IMG/VR virus record: IMGVR_UViG_3300048587_000399 | Location: 1-39,424 of that record | Length of the DNA stretch: 39,424 nucleotides | Direction: 5' to 3' (one strand) | Source: a virus | Shown here: positions 1-8,018 of the stretch, in pieces | How the letters are laid out: each line of letters opens with the position of its first letter | How positions within the stretch are numbered: position 1 is the stretch's first letter | Notes under the pieces: generated by a model | What the model was told of the DNA's origin: nothing | Seen by the model: only the letters and a program-made list of their open reading frames with translations | Database searches by the model: none | Translations under genes and position numbers: made by a program

Positions 1-22
1 CACCCCGGCCGCCACGACTCGA
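1..22. repeat. Terminal direct repeat, copy 1 (caccccggccgccacgactcga)
   Basis: Read directly: nt 1-22 are identical to nt 39403-39424. Confidence 0.95.
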
Positions 23-367
23 CACGACCTCGAACCCACCCACGGGATCCAGCAGCCGCCACTCCAACTCCGACCGGATGAACACCGCCACCGCGGCCGG
101 CTCCTCCCAGCCCTCCACCTTCCAGCCCAGCAGCCGCCCGAGTTCCGCGAACGCCGCGTCAGCCTCAAGCGCCGCGTTGCAGCCCGCGCACATCGTCAGC
201 AGGTTCTCGTACTCGCCGCCGCCGCCCTGCGAACGGTTCTTACGGTGCTGGATCGTCGCCGGACCGGAGCACGCCGGCCGCGACGCCGCACACACCCCAC
301 CGTCCCGCGCATACACCCGAGCCCGCACCCGCACGCCCGGCTCCACCGGCACCTCCGCCGCGCTCAC
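1..367 (-). CDS. HNH endonuclease, 5' part (122 codons); the ORF leaves the window at nt 1 and continues at 39402
   Basis: Own translation from GTG 367, which makes a GTGA overlap with the stop of the 364-663 gene: VSAAEVPVEPGVRVRARVYARDGGVCAAS..CSGPATIQHRKNRSQGGGGEYENLLTMCAGCN. This shows the Cys pairs and the H..N..N core of HNH nucleases. There is no stop before nt 1. It is missing from the ORF track because it is open-ended. Confidence 0.75.
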   Translation of the reverse strand, partial: MSAAEVPVEPGVRVRARVYARDGGVCAASRPACSGPATIQHRKNRSQGGGGEYENLLTMCAGCNAALEADAAFAELGRLLGWKVEGWEEPAAVAVFIRSELEWRLLDPVGGFEVVSSRGGRG

Positions 368-663
368 AGCGGCACCTTGTCCACCAGCGCATCGACGGTT
401 GGAGCCGCAGCACCGCACCGCTTGCAGATCACCCGGAACGATGGCTTGGACGCGTGCAGCGCCTCGCTCCGCCGGTTCTCCTGGAGGAAGTGCATCCAGC
501 AGATCAGCGCCGACAGCCGGCACCGCTTGCACAGCACCGCCAGCTCCGCCGGATGCGGAGCAGGAGCACCCGCCTCACCCTCCGCCCATTCGCACAGCAG
601 AGGGAAGTCCAGCCTGTCGAGAACCAGCTCCTCCTCGACCACCTCCATCACCAGCGGGTCCAT
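364..663 (-). CDS. Small Cys-rich protein with two CKRC pairs (putative zinc ribbon)
   Basis: Track ORF 364-684. Internal ATG 663 is preceded by GGAGGAGGGG. Product starts MDPLVMEVVEEE and contains two CKRC pairs. Confidence 0.6.
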   Translation of the reverse strand: MDPLVMEVVEEELVLDRLDFPLLCEWAEGEAGAPAPHPAELAVLCKRCRLSALICWMHFLQENRRSEALHASKPSFRVICKRCGAAAPTVDALVDKVPL

Positions 664-695
664 TACCCCTCCTCCACCCACCACTCAGCCGACGA

Positions 696-733
696 CACCG
701 CCGGAGCCTGGTCCGAGCACTCCACCGCCGGAG
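696..733. repeat. Two copies of the 11-mer caccgccggag (696-706, 723-733) in an intergenic gap
   Basis: Read directly in the 97-nt gap between the 761-1243 and 364-663 genes. Confidence 0.8.
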
Positions 734-760
734 CAGCGCCATACCCGCAGCGAGCGCACA

Positions 761-1243
761 TCACGCACCTCCCGAGTAGCCCTGCGCCGACGCCCGGTCC
801 CCAGCCCGCAGGTCCGCGCGATCCGTCCGGTGGTTCTCCAGCGCCGCGTCGAGCGTGTCGAGGAACTTCCGCATCGCCCGCTCCCGCTGCTCCGCCAGCA
901 GGTACGCCAGCTTGAGTTCGTAGATTTCGTCGTTGGCCTCGGCGATAGCCTCTGCCTTCGCCACACTCATCTTCGGCTCCGCGAGCGCGAGCACCTTTGC
1001 CTTGGCGAACGCCCGCTCATAGTCGGCCTTCGCCTTGGCGAACGTCCGGCCAGCGTCGAGCAGCTCCCAGTTGAACACGTACCGGAGCGCGACCACCCGC
1101 TGCCCGAGCGTCGCACCCGTCCCCGCCTGGATCACCGTGTCGTACAGCTTCCGATGCAGCGGGTTGTCCAGGTCCGGCGCCCCGAGCCCGAGCGTCGCCC
1201 GCAGCACCGACGACACATTCGCGTAGGTGTAGTCCTCACCCAT
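761..1243 (-). CDS. Hypothetical protein (160 aa)
   Basis: Track ORF with GC3-rich codons. Its start overlaps the upstream stop by 8 nt. Confidence 0.6.
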   Translation of the reverse strand: MGEDYTYANVSSVLRATLGLGAPDLDNPLHRKLYDTVIQAGTGATLGQRVVALRYVFNWELLDAGRTFAKAKADYERAFAKAKVLALAEPKMSVAKAEAIAEANDEIYELKLAYLLAEQRERAMRKFLDTLDAALENHRTDRADLRAGDRASAQGYSGGA

Positions 1244-1682
1244 CGCCGAGCACCGCCCACGGCGTGAACGGCCGAGCCATGACCGGACGGCCCGTCACGT
1301 CCGCAGCCTCCCGAGCGAACGACAGCGCGACGTCCCCGCACCCGAACGTCTCATCCACCGGTTGCACCGGGGAGGAGCCCGCCGGCACCGCGTCGGCCGC
1401 GAGCCCGAACTCGACCAGCGGCACCCACTCGACCCGAGCCGGCGTCAACTGCTCCGACCCCAGCCACGCCGACGCGGCCTGACCGAGCGCCGCCGCTAGG
1501 TCCAGGTTCACCGTCCACGCCACCGACGCCGGCTCCACATCGGCATCCAGCGCCGACCCGAACCCGACGAGCGACCCCGACCTGTCCTCCACGACGATCA
1601 GCGTCACCCCCGAGTCCTCACAGTGCCACTCGGACGACACGAACTCGCCCATCTCCACATTCGACAGCTCGAACACAGCCAC
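1236..1682 (-). CDS. Hypothetical protein (about 148 aa, start uncertain)
   Basis: Track ORF 1236-1712. GTG 1682 lies 8 nt after GGAAGGGG and just past the upstream stop at 1684. Confidence 0.55.
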   Translation of the reverse strand: MAVFELSNVEMGEFVSSEWHCEDSGVTLIVVEDRSGSLVGFGSALDADVEPASVAWTVNLDLAAALGQAASAWLGSEQLTPARVEWVPLVEFGLAADAVPAGSSPVQPVDETFGCGDVALSFAREAADVTGRPVMARPFTPWAVLGDG

Positions 1683-1683
1683 C

Positions 1684-1905
1684 TCACACACCCCTTCCCA
1701 GCCGCGCAGCATGAGCCCACGGCAGCGACAACGGCCCGACCTCGGGAGCGAGCGTCACCACACACGCCTCACCCGGAGCAGCCCCGCAATACGAACACGA
1801 CGACACCCCAGCAGCAGCGACCGCCCGAGCCGCGGCCGCCGACGAACGCGCACGCACAGCAGCCACCTCAGCAGCCACCGCGGCCGCCGACCGACGCACC
1901 ATCAC
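1684..1905 (-). CDS. Small protein with a CSYCG..C motif
   Basis: Track ORF. GTG 1905 overlaps the recT stop (GTGA). Confidence 0.5.
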   Translation of the reverse strand: MMVRRSAAAVAAEVAAVRARSSAAAARAVAAAGVSSCSYCGAAPGEACVVTLAPEVGPLSLPWAHAARLGRGV

Positions 1906-2864
1906 TCCACCCCGCCCTCGAACGCAGCGACCTCAGCCTCAACCTCGACCTCGCACGCACCACACAACTGCCCCTCCTCCTCGGCAGCCACCCCCCCGCA
2001 CCGCGCGCACGGGAACAGCCCCGAATCCGCCACGTCCGGCGCCGTGCGCCCATCTGCCGCCGTTTCGTCGTCACTTGGGCTTACCGGACCATCCGCAGCC
2101 ACCGACGCGTCAGCCGGGCGTAGAGCAGCCACCCGCGACCGCTGCGACGGAGGAACGACCTCAGCCGCCACACCCTCATCACCCGCGGCCGCAGCAGCAG
2201 CCACCGAGCCACCCAGCTCCTCCGCCGTATACAGCCCCGACAGGTTCAGCGGGAACGCCTTCCGCAGCGCCAGCGCCTCCGCGCACTTCGCCAACTGGCC
2301 CGGACCGCGCGCCTGCCACATCGCCGTCACATCGCCGTTGTGCTTCCGCTGCACATACTCGTCCCACGTCGCGATCCCGACCGCCGGCAGCGACCAGTCA
2401 TGGCGATGCACCGCGACACGAGCCGCCAGCGGATGAGCGTCCGCCGCCACCCTCCCCTGATCGTCGCGCTGCCCGTGGAGCTCCGCGATCCACGTCGTCA
2501 CCCACTGCCCATCGGCCGTCAGCCATTCCGCCGGCTCCTGCCCGGCGTACTTCCCCGAGCGGTCAGCGACCAGCCGGAACCCGTCGATGCCCGTCTGGAT
2601 CGACCACTCCACCCCGCCACCGCTCTGCCGACCGATGCAGTACAACTGCCGCGCCCGCGGGTCCAGCCCCGACTTCTGCGCCAGGTGCAGGAACTGGTTG
2701 ATGACCGCCCGCGGAGCCAGAACCCGCTCCCCCCTCCGGTCCCCATACGAGAACGAGAACGTGAGCCCCGCCGCCTCGACAGCAGCCTTCTCCTCGTCCG
2801 ACCACGCATCCCGATCCGTCGACTCCGGCAGACCGAACCGCTCCAAAACCACCACTTCACTCAC
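1902..2864 (-). CDS. recT: RecT-family single-strand annealing protein with a C-terminal CxxC..CxxC tail
   Basis: 320 aa. Landmarks are QLYCIGRQSGGGVEWSIQTGIDGFRLVADRSGKYAG and LAKCAEALALRKAFP, typical of RecT. It is paired with the upstream exonuclease. Confidence 0.85.
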   Translation of the reverse strand: MSEVVVLERFGLPESTDRDAWSDEEKAAVEAAGLTFSFSYGDRRGERVLAPRAVINQFLHLAQKSGLDPRARQLYCIGRQSGGGVEWSIQTGIDGFRLVADRSGKYAGQEPAEWLTADGQWVTTWIAELHGQRDDQGRVAADAHPLAARVAVHRHDWSLPAVGIATWDEYVQRKHNGDVTAMWQARGPGQLAKCAEALALRKAFPLNLSGLYTAEELGGSVAAAAAAGDEGVAAEVVPPSQRSRVAALRPADASVAADGPVSPSDDETAADGRTAPDVADSGLFPCARCGGVAAEEEGQLCGACEVEVEAEVAAFEGGVE

Positions 2865-3778
2865 AGCGAGCCCTCCAAGCTCTCAGCCCGCGCAGCCACC
2901 CGCGCGGAGTACCACGGAGCCGGGACCAGCTCCTCAATCTCGCCCACCTCATCGACGCCCGGCCACACACCCGACGCCGAGCACTCCGCGAACCTGCGGA
3001 GCGCCTCCCGGAACTTGTGCCAGCCGCCCTCGATCCAGTCCTCCCCGAGCCGGACCACCCGCACATCGTACGGAGCCTCCTTCTCCATGAAGATCAGCAC
3101 CGTCGGCTCCGGCACCTCGCCGAACACCAGCTCGAACAGGAACCGGTACATCTCCGACTGCAGGTCGTACCCATAGTCATCGACCACCGACCGCAGCTTC
3201 TGCACCGCGAGACTCGGCGTCGTCTTGACGTCCGCGAGCTGCAGCCCCGACAGCCGATCCACGCGACCACGCAGCGACACCCCGAACTCAGGGTCCGCAC
3301 CGAACAGCGACACCTCCGAGAACCCCTCGGGCTCGAGAATCTGCCGGGCCTTCGGGTGCATCAGCACCGCATCGGAACCGCGGACCACCAGGTCGTACTC
3401 GCGCTGCTTGAGCGGCACCTTGCCCTCCGCCCGAGCCGCCTCCACCCACTCCTTCGCCGCCTTGGTCGACAGCGCACCGTTCGACGCCAGCACCTCCTCC
3501 GGGATCAACGCCACCGGAGCGCCGACGCCGAGCACACGAGCATGCACCGCATGCCCCACATCGAACTCCGCCTTCTCGACGCGAGGAGCCGCGAGCGCCG
3601 CACGGAACGCCTTCGGCGACCGCAGCATGACCTTGAGCCGCGACGACGACACCTCCGGCCGCCCGTGATACCACTCCTCCGGAACCCCGAGCATCGCCAC
3701 CGCCTCCCCGGAGTCAGCGAGCTGGCCCGCCTCGCCGACCGACCGCGGCCGCACAAACTCGCGCACGACCTCGCTCAC
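2861..3778 (-). CDS. PD-(D/E)XK exonuclease (RecE/YqaJ-like partner of RecT)
   Basis: Track ORF 2861-3826. GTG 3778 overlaps the upstream stop (GTGA). It has GRVDRLSG..LADVKTT (D..D/E-x-K core) and lies directly upstream of recT. Confidence 0.75.
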   Translation of the reverse strand: MSEVVREFVRPRSVGEAGQLADSGEAVAMLGVPEEWYHGRPEVSSSRLKVMLRSPKAFRAALAAPRVEKAEFDVGHAVHARVLGVGAPVALIPEEVLASNGALSTKAAKEWVEAARAEGKVPLKQREYDLVVRGSDAVLMHPKARQILEPEGFSEVSLFGADPEFGVSLRGRVDRLSGLQLADVKTTPSLAVQKLRSVVDDYGYDLQSEMYRFLFELVFGEVPEPTVLIFMEKEAPYDVRVVRLGEDWIEGGWHKFREALRRFAECSASGVWPGVDEVGEIEELVPAPWYSARVAARAESLEGSL

Positions 3779-3990
3779 GACCCCGCCTCCTTCTCCGCCC
3801 GCTCCGCCGACCGGAACGCGAACCACGCCCGCGCATCAGGCAGCACCCCGAAGTCGGCGCCGAACGGCCGCGGAGCCGCAGCAGCAGCCGCCCGAGCCCG
3901 AGCCCGCCGCTCCGCCCGCGTCAGCGGCCGCACCTCCACCTCAGCCGGCGACGACTTCCCATCCGCCGCCGGCACCACCCGTCCATCCAT
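3775..3990 (-). CDS. Hypothetical protein (71 aa)
   Basis: Track ORF. ATG 3990 is preceded by GCGGAGGAG. Confidence 0.5.
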   Translation of the reverse strand: MDGRVVPAADGKSSPAEVEVRPLTRAERRARARAAAAAAPRPFGADFGVLPDARAWFAFRSAERAEKEAGS

Positions 3991-3992
3991 CG

Positions 3993-4301
3993 CTACTCCT
4001 CCGCACCTTCCACAGCGGGCATCTCCAGCGCCGCCTTGCCGGAGCGAGCAGCGAGCGCAGCGTCCGCCATAGCGACCGCCGCCTCGCGATCCCCTTCCAG
4101 CACCGGCTCGATCCTCGCCCAGCGCAGCACCGGGTAGTCCGAGTCCTCCGAATCCGAGTCGCCGAGCACCCGCTTGGAGCGCGCGAGCACACCCACGACC
4201 ACCACCGGCTCCGCCACATCGGCCTTCATCAGCTCATCGGCGAGCGCCTCCAAGCCGTTGTGATCCTCCGCCGGCTTCGCCGGCGATAGCTGCACACTCA
4301 T
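3993..4301 (-). CDS. Hypothetical acidic protein (102 aa)
   Basis: Track ORF 3993-4325. ATG 4301 overlaps the rusA stop (ATGA). Confidence 0.55.
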   Translation of the reverse strand: MSVQLSPAKPAEDHNGLEALADELMKADVAEPVVVVGVLARSKRVLGDSDSEDSDYPVLRWARIEPVLEGDREAAVAMADAALAARSGKAALEMPAVEGAEE

Positions 4302-4756
4302 GCCACTTCCATCCCTTCCGCCCACGGACCATCCGCGAACACCTGCCCGGCGAGCGAACCCGCCGGAATCTCCGACACCGACACCGACACACCCGGCGCC
4401 CCGTACTCCTCCTCCGTGATGAGCCGGACCACCCGCGAGTCATCCACGATCACCCCGCCCTCCACCAGCCCGTCGAGCACAGCCCGCACGAGCTTGTCGA
4501 GGTCCGGAGCAACCGTCGGCCACTCCCGCGTCACCGTCGCCGGCCGCGGCACCTGGAACTGCAACATCACAGCCAGCGGACCGTCCAGCGCCGCACGCCC
4601 GCCCATCGCCGCCTCGGCCGCCTCCCGCACCCTCCGCCTCCACGGCTTGAGCACATTCGAGTTCGACGGAGCGACCACCGCGCGCCCCTTCACGACGAAC
4701 GCCCGCGAGGAGCCCTGCGGCACCGGCACCCCATCGACCCGGAAATACACCCTCAC
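4298..4756 (-). CDS. rusA: RusA-family Holliday junction resolvase
   Basis: 152 aa. Landmarks are VDGVPVPQGSSRAFV, PDLDKLVRAVLDGL and VIVDDSRV, typical of RusA. Confidence 0.8.
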   Translation of the reverse strand: MRVYFRVDGVPVPQGSSRAFVVKGRAVVAPSNSNVLKPWRRRVREAAEAAMGGRAALDGPLAVMLQFQVPRPATVTREWPTVAPDLDKLVRAVLDGLVEGGVIVDDSRVVRLITEEEYGAPGVSVSVSEIPAGSLAGQVFADGPWAEGMEVA

Positions 4757-4995
4757 CGGCGAGCCTCCCGCCGCGCAGCAGCCTCCAACTCGGCGACCGC
4801 CTTCTCCGCCACACGCAGGAACAGCAGCCCGACGAACAGCAGCGCCGCGGCCGCCACGAACAGCAGCGACAGCGACACCCGCCAGTCACCCATCAGCACC
4901 CACGCGACCGTCGCGCCGAACAGCGCCCCGCCGAGCCCGCAGAACACCCACCCGAGCACCGCGGCGACACGAGCCCGCCGCCGCAGCGCGCTCAC
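4753..4995 (-). CDS. Small membrane protein (2 predicted TM helices)
   Basis: Track ORF with two hydrophobic stretches (VAAVLGWVFCGLGGALFGATVAWVL and LSLLFVAAAALLFVGLLFL). GTGA overlap at its start. Confidence 0.6.
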   Translation of the reverse strand: MSALRRRARVAAVLGWVFCGLGGALFGATVAWVLMGDWRVSLSLLFVAAAALLFVGLLFLRVAEKAVAELEAAARREARR

Positions 4996-5411
4996 GACCG
5001 CACCTCCCGCACTGGAGCCGGCAGACCGAACCGCTCCGCCGTCGCCGCCTCATGCGCCTCCACGAACGCCTGCAGCATCGCCAGCCCCGAGCCCGACAGC
5101 CCACCCAGCGGCTGCGTCAGCAGCTCGTACAGGAACGCCACGTCCGGCCACTCGCCACCGATCCACTCCCGACGCTCATCGTCCGACCGCGCATAGCGCA
5201 CCAGCATCCCGACCGTCCACGACTCCTCCGCGCCGAGCTCGCGGTCCCCCGCCCACCAGAGCGCAGCACGCACCCTCTGGATCGGCACATCCGCGAGCGC
5301 CGCCGGCACCGCGGCGAGCAGCAGCAGCTCGATCACCTCCATCGCATCCGCGAGCGGCACGACAGCCGCCGCACCAGCCCGCTCGAACGCCTCCACCATC
5401 GGATCCGTCAT
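4992..5411 (-). CDS. Hypothetical protein (139 aa)
   Basis: Track ORF 4992-5462. ATG 5411 overlaps the upstream stop (ATGA). Confidence 0.6.
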   Translation of the reverse strand: MTDPMVEAFERAGAAAVVPLADAMEVIELLLLAAVPAALADVPIQRVRAALWWAGDRELGAEESWTVGMLVRYARSDDERREWIGGEWPDVAFLYELLTQPLGGLSGSGLAMLQAFVEAHEAATAERFGLPAPVREVRS

Positions 5412-5578
5412 CGCTTCTTCCCTTTCTCGATGAGCCGAGCACGGCGCTCGACCACAAACCACACCAGCCAGAGCGCCACAGCGAGCAGCAACCCCGTCAC
5501 CCAGTTCGACGCCAGCAGCACGAGCAGCACGAGCACGAGCAGCACCGCCACCGACATCACGAACCCCCGCACCATCAC
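5408..5578 (-). CDS. Small membrane protein (about 56 aa, 2 TM)
   Basis: Track ORF 5408-5629. GTG 5578 or ATG 5575 overlaps the upstream stop. Product includes SVAVLLVLVLLVLLASNWVTGLLLAVALWLVWFVV. Confidence 0.5.
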   Translation of the reverse strand: MMVRGFVMSVAVLLVLVLLVLLASNWVTGLLLAVALWLVWFVVERRARLIEKGKKR

Positions 5579-5757
5579 AGCCCGCACTCCTCGATCAGCG
5601 TCGACAGCGTCACCCGGCAGTACACGCACCGCGCATCGGCGCCGATGTGGTGCGTCACCTCAGCGGCCGCAGCCCGCGACCCCTCGCCGCACAGAAAGTG
5701 CGTCACCGAGTCCGGCGCCTCGACCACCGCGACCGGAGCGGACCCCAGCCCGCTCAC
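5575..5757 (-). CDS. Small Cys-containing protein (60 aa)
   Basis: Track ORF 5575-5865. GTG 5757 overlaps the HTH gene stop (GTGA). Confidence 0.45.
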   Translation of the reverse strand: MSGLGSAPVAVVEAPDSVTHFLCGEGSRAAAAEVTHHIGADARCVYCRVTLSTLIEECGL

Positions 5758-5951
5758 GACGTCGCCTCCATCCCGCGGTCCCGCAGCGCCTCCACCTCGG
5801 ACCGCGCGAAACGACGATGACCACCCACCGTCCGCCGAGCACGAATCGCACCAGCCCGCTCCCACTCCCGCAGCGTCTGCGGATGCACCTGCAGCACCGC
5901 GGCCGCCTCCGCGACCGTCAGCAGAACCTCATCCTCGACCATCCCCGTCAC
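5754..5951 (-). CDS. Excisionase/MerR-type helix-turn-helix DNA-binding protein
   Basis: 65 aa. LLTVAEAAAVLQVHPQTLREWERAGAI..RTVGGHRRF matches the HTH_17/excisionase-family pattern. Confidence 0.75.
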   Translation of the reverse strand: MTGMVEDEVLLTVAEAAAVLQVHPQTLREWERAGAIRARRTVGGHRRFARSEVEALRDRGMEATS

Positions 5952-6379
5952 CCTCCCTGAATCGACGCGTTCACCCAGTCGATGAACGCAGCCCGACGCC
6001 CCACACCAGACAGCCCCGCGTAGGCCGTGCGGAGCGTAGACAGCGCGTCAGACAGCGGCTGCTCCACACCCCGCTGCACCTTCCGCGACAGCGCCTGGCG
6101 GGCGTCTAGCGTCACCTCGGCCGCCTCCTTCGCCGCCCACCCCAGCACCTCGTCGCCGTCGACCGAGCCGACCACCAGCCGGTCCGAGCGGAGCACGCCG
6201 TCATCCTCGGTCATCGACACCTCGATCACCGTCCCGACCACGAGCCCCGGCAGCAGCGCCTTCGAGTAGAAGTGTGCCTCCGCCGACTCCTCCTCGCGGA
6301 ACAGCCACCCGAGCCCACCGGCCGCCTTCAGCCGGCGACCCATGAACACCAGCCGCACCCGCCGCGTTACCTCATCCAT
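5948..6379 (-). CDS. Hypothetical protein (143 aa)
   Basis: Track ORF 5948-6568. ATG 6379 sits directly behind a degenerate copy of the SD-hairpin motif. Confidence 0.6.
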   Translation of the reverse strand: MDEVTRRVRLVFMGRRLKAAGGLGWLFREEESAEAHFYSKALLPGLVVGTVIEVSMTEDDGVLRSDRLVVGSVDGDEVLGWAAKEAAEVTLDARQALSRKVQRGVEQPLSDALSTLRTAYAGLSGVGRRAAFIDWVNASIQGG

Positions 6380-6382
6380 CAC

Positions 6383-6396
6383 GACCTCCAAGATCA
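6383..6396 (-). promoter_or_regulatory. SD-hairpin motif, degenerate copy (minus strand TGATCTTGGAGGTC)
   Basis: Read directly. It lies 3 nt upstream of ATG 6379. Confidence 0.5.
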
Positions 6397-6461
6397 TCAA
6401 CGGGCTGATTCGCCCGACCCGCGCTCCGGGGTTCCCCACCCCCGGAGCACGAGCCGCACGG

Positions 6462-7466
6462 TCAGACCTGAACCGTCCCCAGCAGCGCCAGCGCCCGAGC
6501 GTCCACGGCCTCCCAGCCGCCCTCGACCGTCCGGAGCTGGTTGCGCTGCGCCCGCGACGCCTCCGCACCCACGAAGTGGTGCTCGAACGTGTTCACGGCC
6601 GCCAGCACCCCGTACGCGTTGTTCCTCCACGGAGCCACCCGGTCATCGTGGTTCCAGAGCCCGTTGAGCGCCGACACCTTGTTCTGAGCGATGGTCGCCG
6701 ACCGGCCCTCCTTGGCGCCCTCGACACCCGTGTAGGCCTTCACGAACTCGCCCCACACCTCGTCGGACACGAACTCGCTCGTGAGCTTGGCGACCTTCGC
6801 GTCGAACGCGTCACCCGCCTGCTCGACCAGCAGCCCGAGCGAGTCGCGCACCTCGCCGATCCGTCCCAGCGAGTTGCGCGAGTGGCGGACCTTGACGCGA
6901 GAGGAGCCCCGCTCCCCGAGCGCCACCGACAGCGTGTTGTCGCACACCACGACCTGCGAGCCCACGAGATACGTGGACGACAGCGACCCGTCGCACGAGC
7001 CCGCAGCGAGGATGAACGGGCGGTGCTTCACACCCTCCGCCGCCTCGCGGGTCTCCTCCAACTCGCCCTGCACCGCGTACACCGCGCCGCCCTTGAGCAC
7101 GACCACCGAGCCGATAGCGAGCCCGCCGTCCAGCAGCAGGTCCAGGTTCTCGACCGTCCACTCCACCGGCTGGTGGATGCGGTAGCCGTCCTTGAACACG
7201 CCCAGCACCTCGCCCGTGTCGAGCCGCACGATGCCCTTCCGGCCGGTGCCCACGAACTCGCGCACCCCGTCCTCCGTCAGCACCGGGAACCGCGGCGCCT
7301 CCGACTCGGCCAGCGGGTAGGAGAGCAGCGCCACCGCCCGCTCACGCGGCACCGCGCCCTCGAAGTGGTTGTCGTTGCCCTCGCGGTAGTGCCACGCGTT
7401 GCCGCGCTTCTCGGTGAACCCGATCAGCGTGTTCTCGGCGAGCCACTCGATGGTTTCAGCAGACAT
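6462..7466 (-). CDS. DUF932-family protein (phage/plasmid-like protein)
   Basis: 334 aa from ATG 7466 (the track ORF starts at TTG 7478 inside the SD motif). WTVENLDLL, ILAAGSCDGSLSS, VVCDNTLS and VRHSRNS resemble DUF932/TIGR03299 proteins common in actinophages. Confidence 0.75.
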   Translation of the reverse strand: MSAETIEWLAENTLIGFTEKRGNAWHYREGNDNHFEGAVPRERAVALLSYPLAESEAPRFPVLTEDGVREFVGTGRKGIVRLDTGEVLGVFKDGYRIHQPVEWTVENLDLLLDGGLAIGSVVVLKGGAVYAVQGELEETREAAEGVKHRPFILAAGSCDGSLSSTYLVGSQVVVCDNTLSVALGERGSSRVKVRHSRNSLGRIGEVRDSLGLLVEQAGDAFDAKVAKLTSEFVSDEVWGEFVKAYTGVEGAKEGRSATIAQNKVSALNGLWNHDDRVAPWRNNAYGVLAAVNTFEHHFVGAEASRAQRNQLRTVEGGWEAVDARALALLGTVQV

Positions 7467-7467
7467 T

Positions 7468-7483
7468 TGATCCTCCAAGATCA
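7468..7483 (-). promoter_or_regulatory. SD-hairpin motif TGATCTTGGAGGATCA
   Basis: Read directly. It lies 2 nt upstream of ATG 7466. Confidence 0.6.
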
Positions 7484-7515
7484 GATTCGGTTGGGAGCTG
7501 AGCGTCCCGACCCCC

Positions 7516-7537
7516 CTCCCACCGGCCGGGGTGGGAG
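7516..7537 (-). terminator. GC hairpin (8-bp stem ctcccacc/ggtgggag, 6-nt loop)
   Basis: Inverted repeat read directly. It lies 15 nt downstream of the frame-corrected stop at 7552. There is no clear U-tail. Confidence 0.45.
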
Positions 7538-7551
7538 AGGAGCCGCAGCGA

Positions 7552-7937
7552 TCAGGAGAGCAGCGAGCCCAGGTAGCCGAGCACCCGCGGAGTCACCTCG
7601 CGGGGAGCGCCAGCGAACGACGACGTGAACACGACCTCGCCACCCTCGAACTCCTCGACCTCGACACCCCGCGGAACCCGTCCACGCGGACCTCGAAGTA
7701 GCGACGCGACCGCGAGTCGCCCCACGACACCGTGCGCGGACCCACGACGTCCCAGTCGAACTCGTCCACGAGCAGGTCGCGCAGCACCTCCATGACGTCA
7801 GCCCAGCCGAACTCGGGAACGTCGTCCGGGTGGAACGTGAGCGCCGCGACCGAGCGAGCGAACCGCTCGCGGACCGGAACCTCCTCGCCCCACATCGGAG
7901 CAGCGACCGGAGCGGCGGGGATGGTGTTGTTCGACAT
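7552..7937 (-). CDS. Hypothetical protein; reading frame broken (-1) near 7660-7686
   Basis: The track ORF 7593-7949 ends in an Arg/Ser-rich tail (SRSRSSRVARSCSRRRS). The -1 frame reads GVEVEEFEGGEVVFTSSFAGAPREVTPRVLGYLGSLLS with high GC3 and stops at 7554-7552. ATG 7937 sits behind the SD-hairpin motif. Confidence 0.5.
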
Positions 7938-7938
7938 T

Positions 7939-7954
7939 TGATCCTCCAAGATCA
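7939..7954 (-). promoter_or_regulatory. SD-hairpin motif TGATCTTGGAGGATCA
   Basis: Read directly. It lies 2 nt upstream of ATG 7937. Confidence 0.6.
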
Positions 7955-8018
7955 GGAGCCCGGGTGGCTCATGGGACTACATTGGCACGACTCACGGACA
8001 CGCCACAAGGCTCAACTT
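7939..8018 (-). promoter_or_regulatory. Conserved leader/promoter-like module, copy A (AAGTTGAG .. CAATGTAGTCC .. CACCCGG .. SD hairpin)
   Basis: It aligns by eye with 9208-9272. Shared blocks are ggactacattg (7974-7984 vs 9245-9255), ctcaactt and ccgggtg. Confidence 0.35.

Noticed and set aside
1-22. The terminal 22-bp repeat as attL/attR of an integrated prophage.
   Set aside because: There is no flanking host sequence and no integrase. An HNH ORF reads in frame across the merged repeat, ending in the genome-typical GTGA overlap. This fits a circular or permuted phage genome better.
364-663. WhiB-like Fe-S transcription factor call for the Cys-rich 99-aa protein.
   Set aside because: The Cys spacing is CKRC-x6-C plus a second CKRC, not the C-x(n)-C-x2-C-x5-C pattern of WhiB. 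The WhiB G[VI]WGG turn is absent. I kept it only as a putative zinc ribbon.
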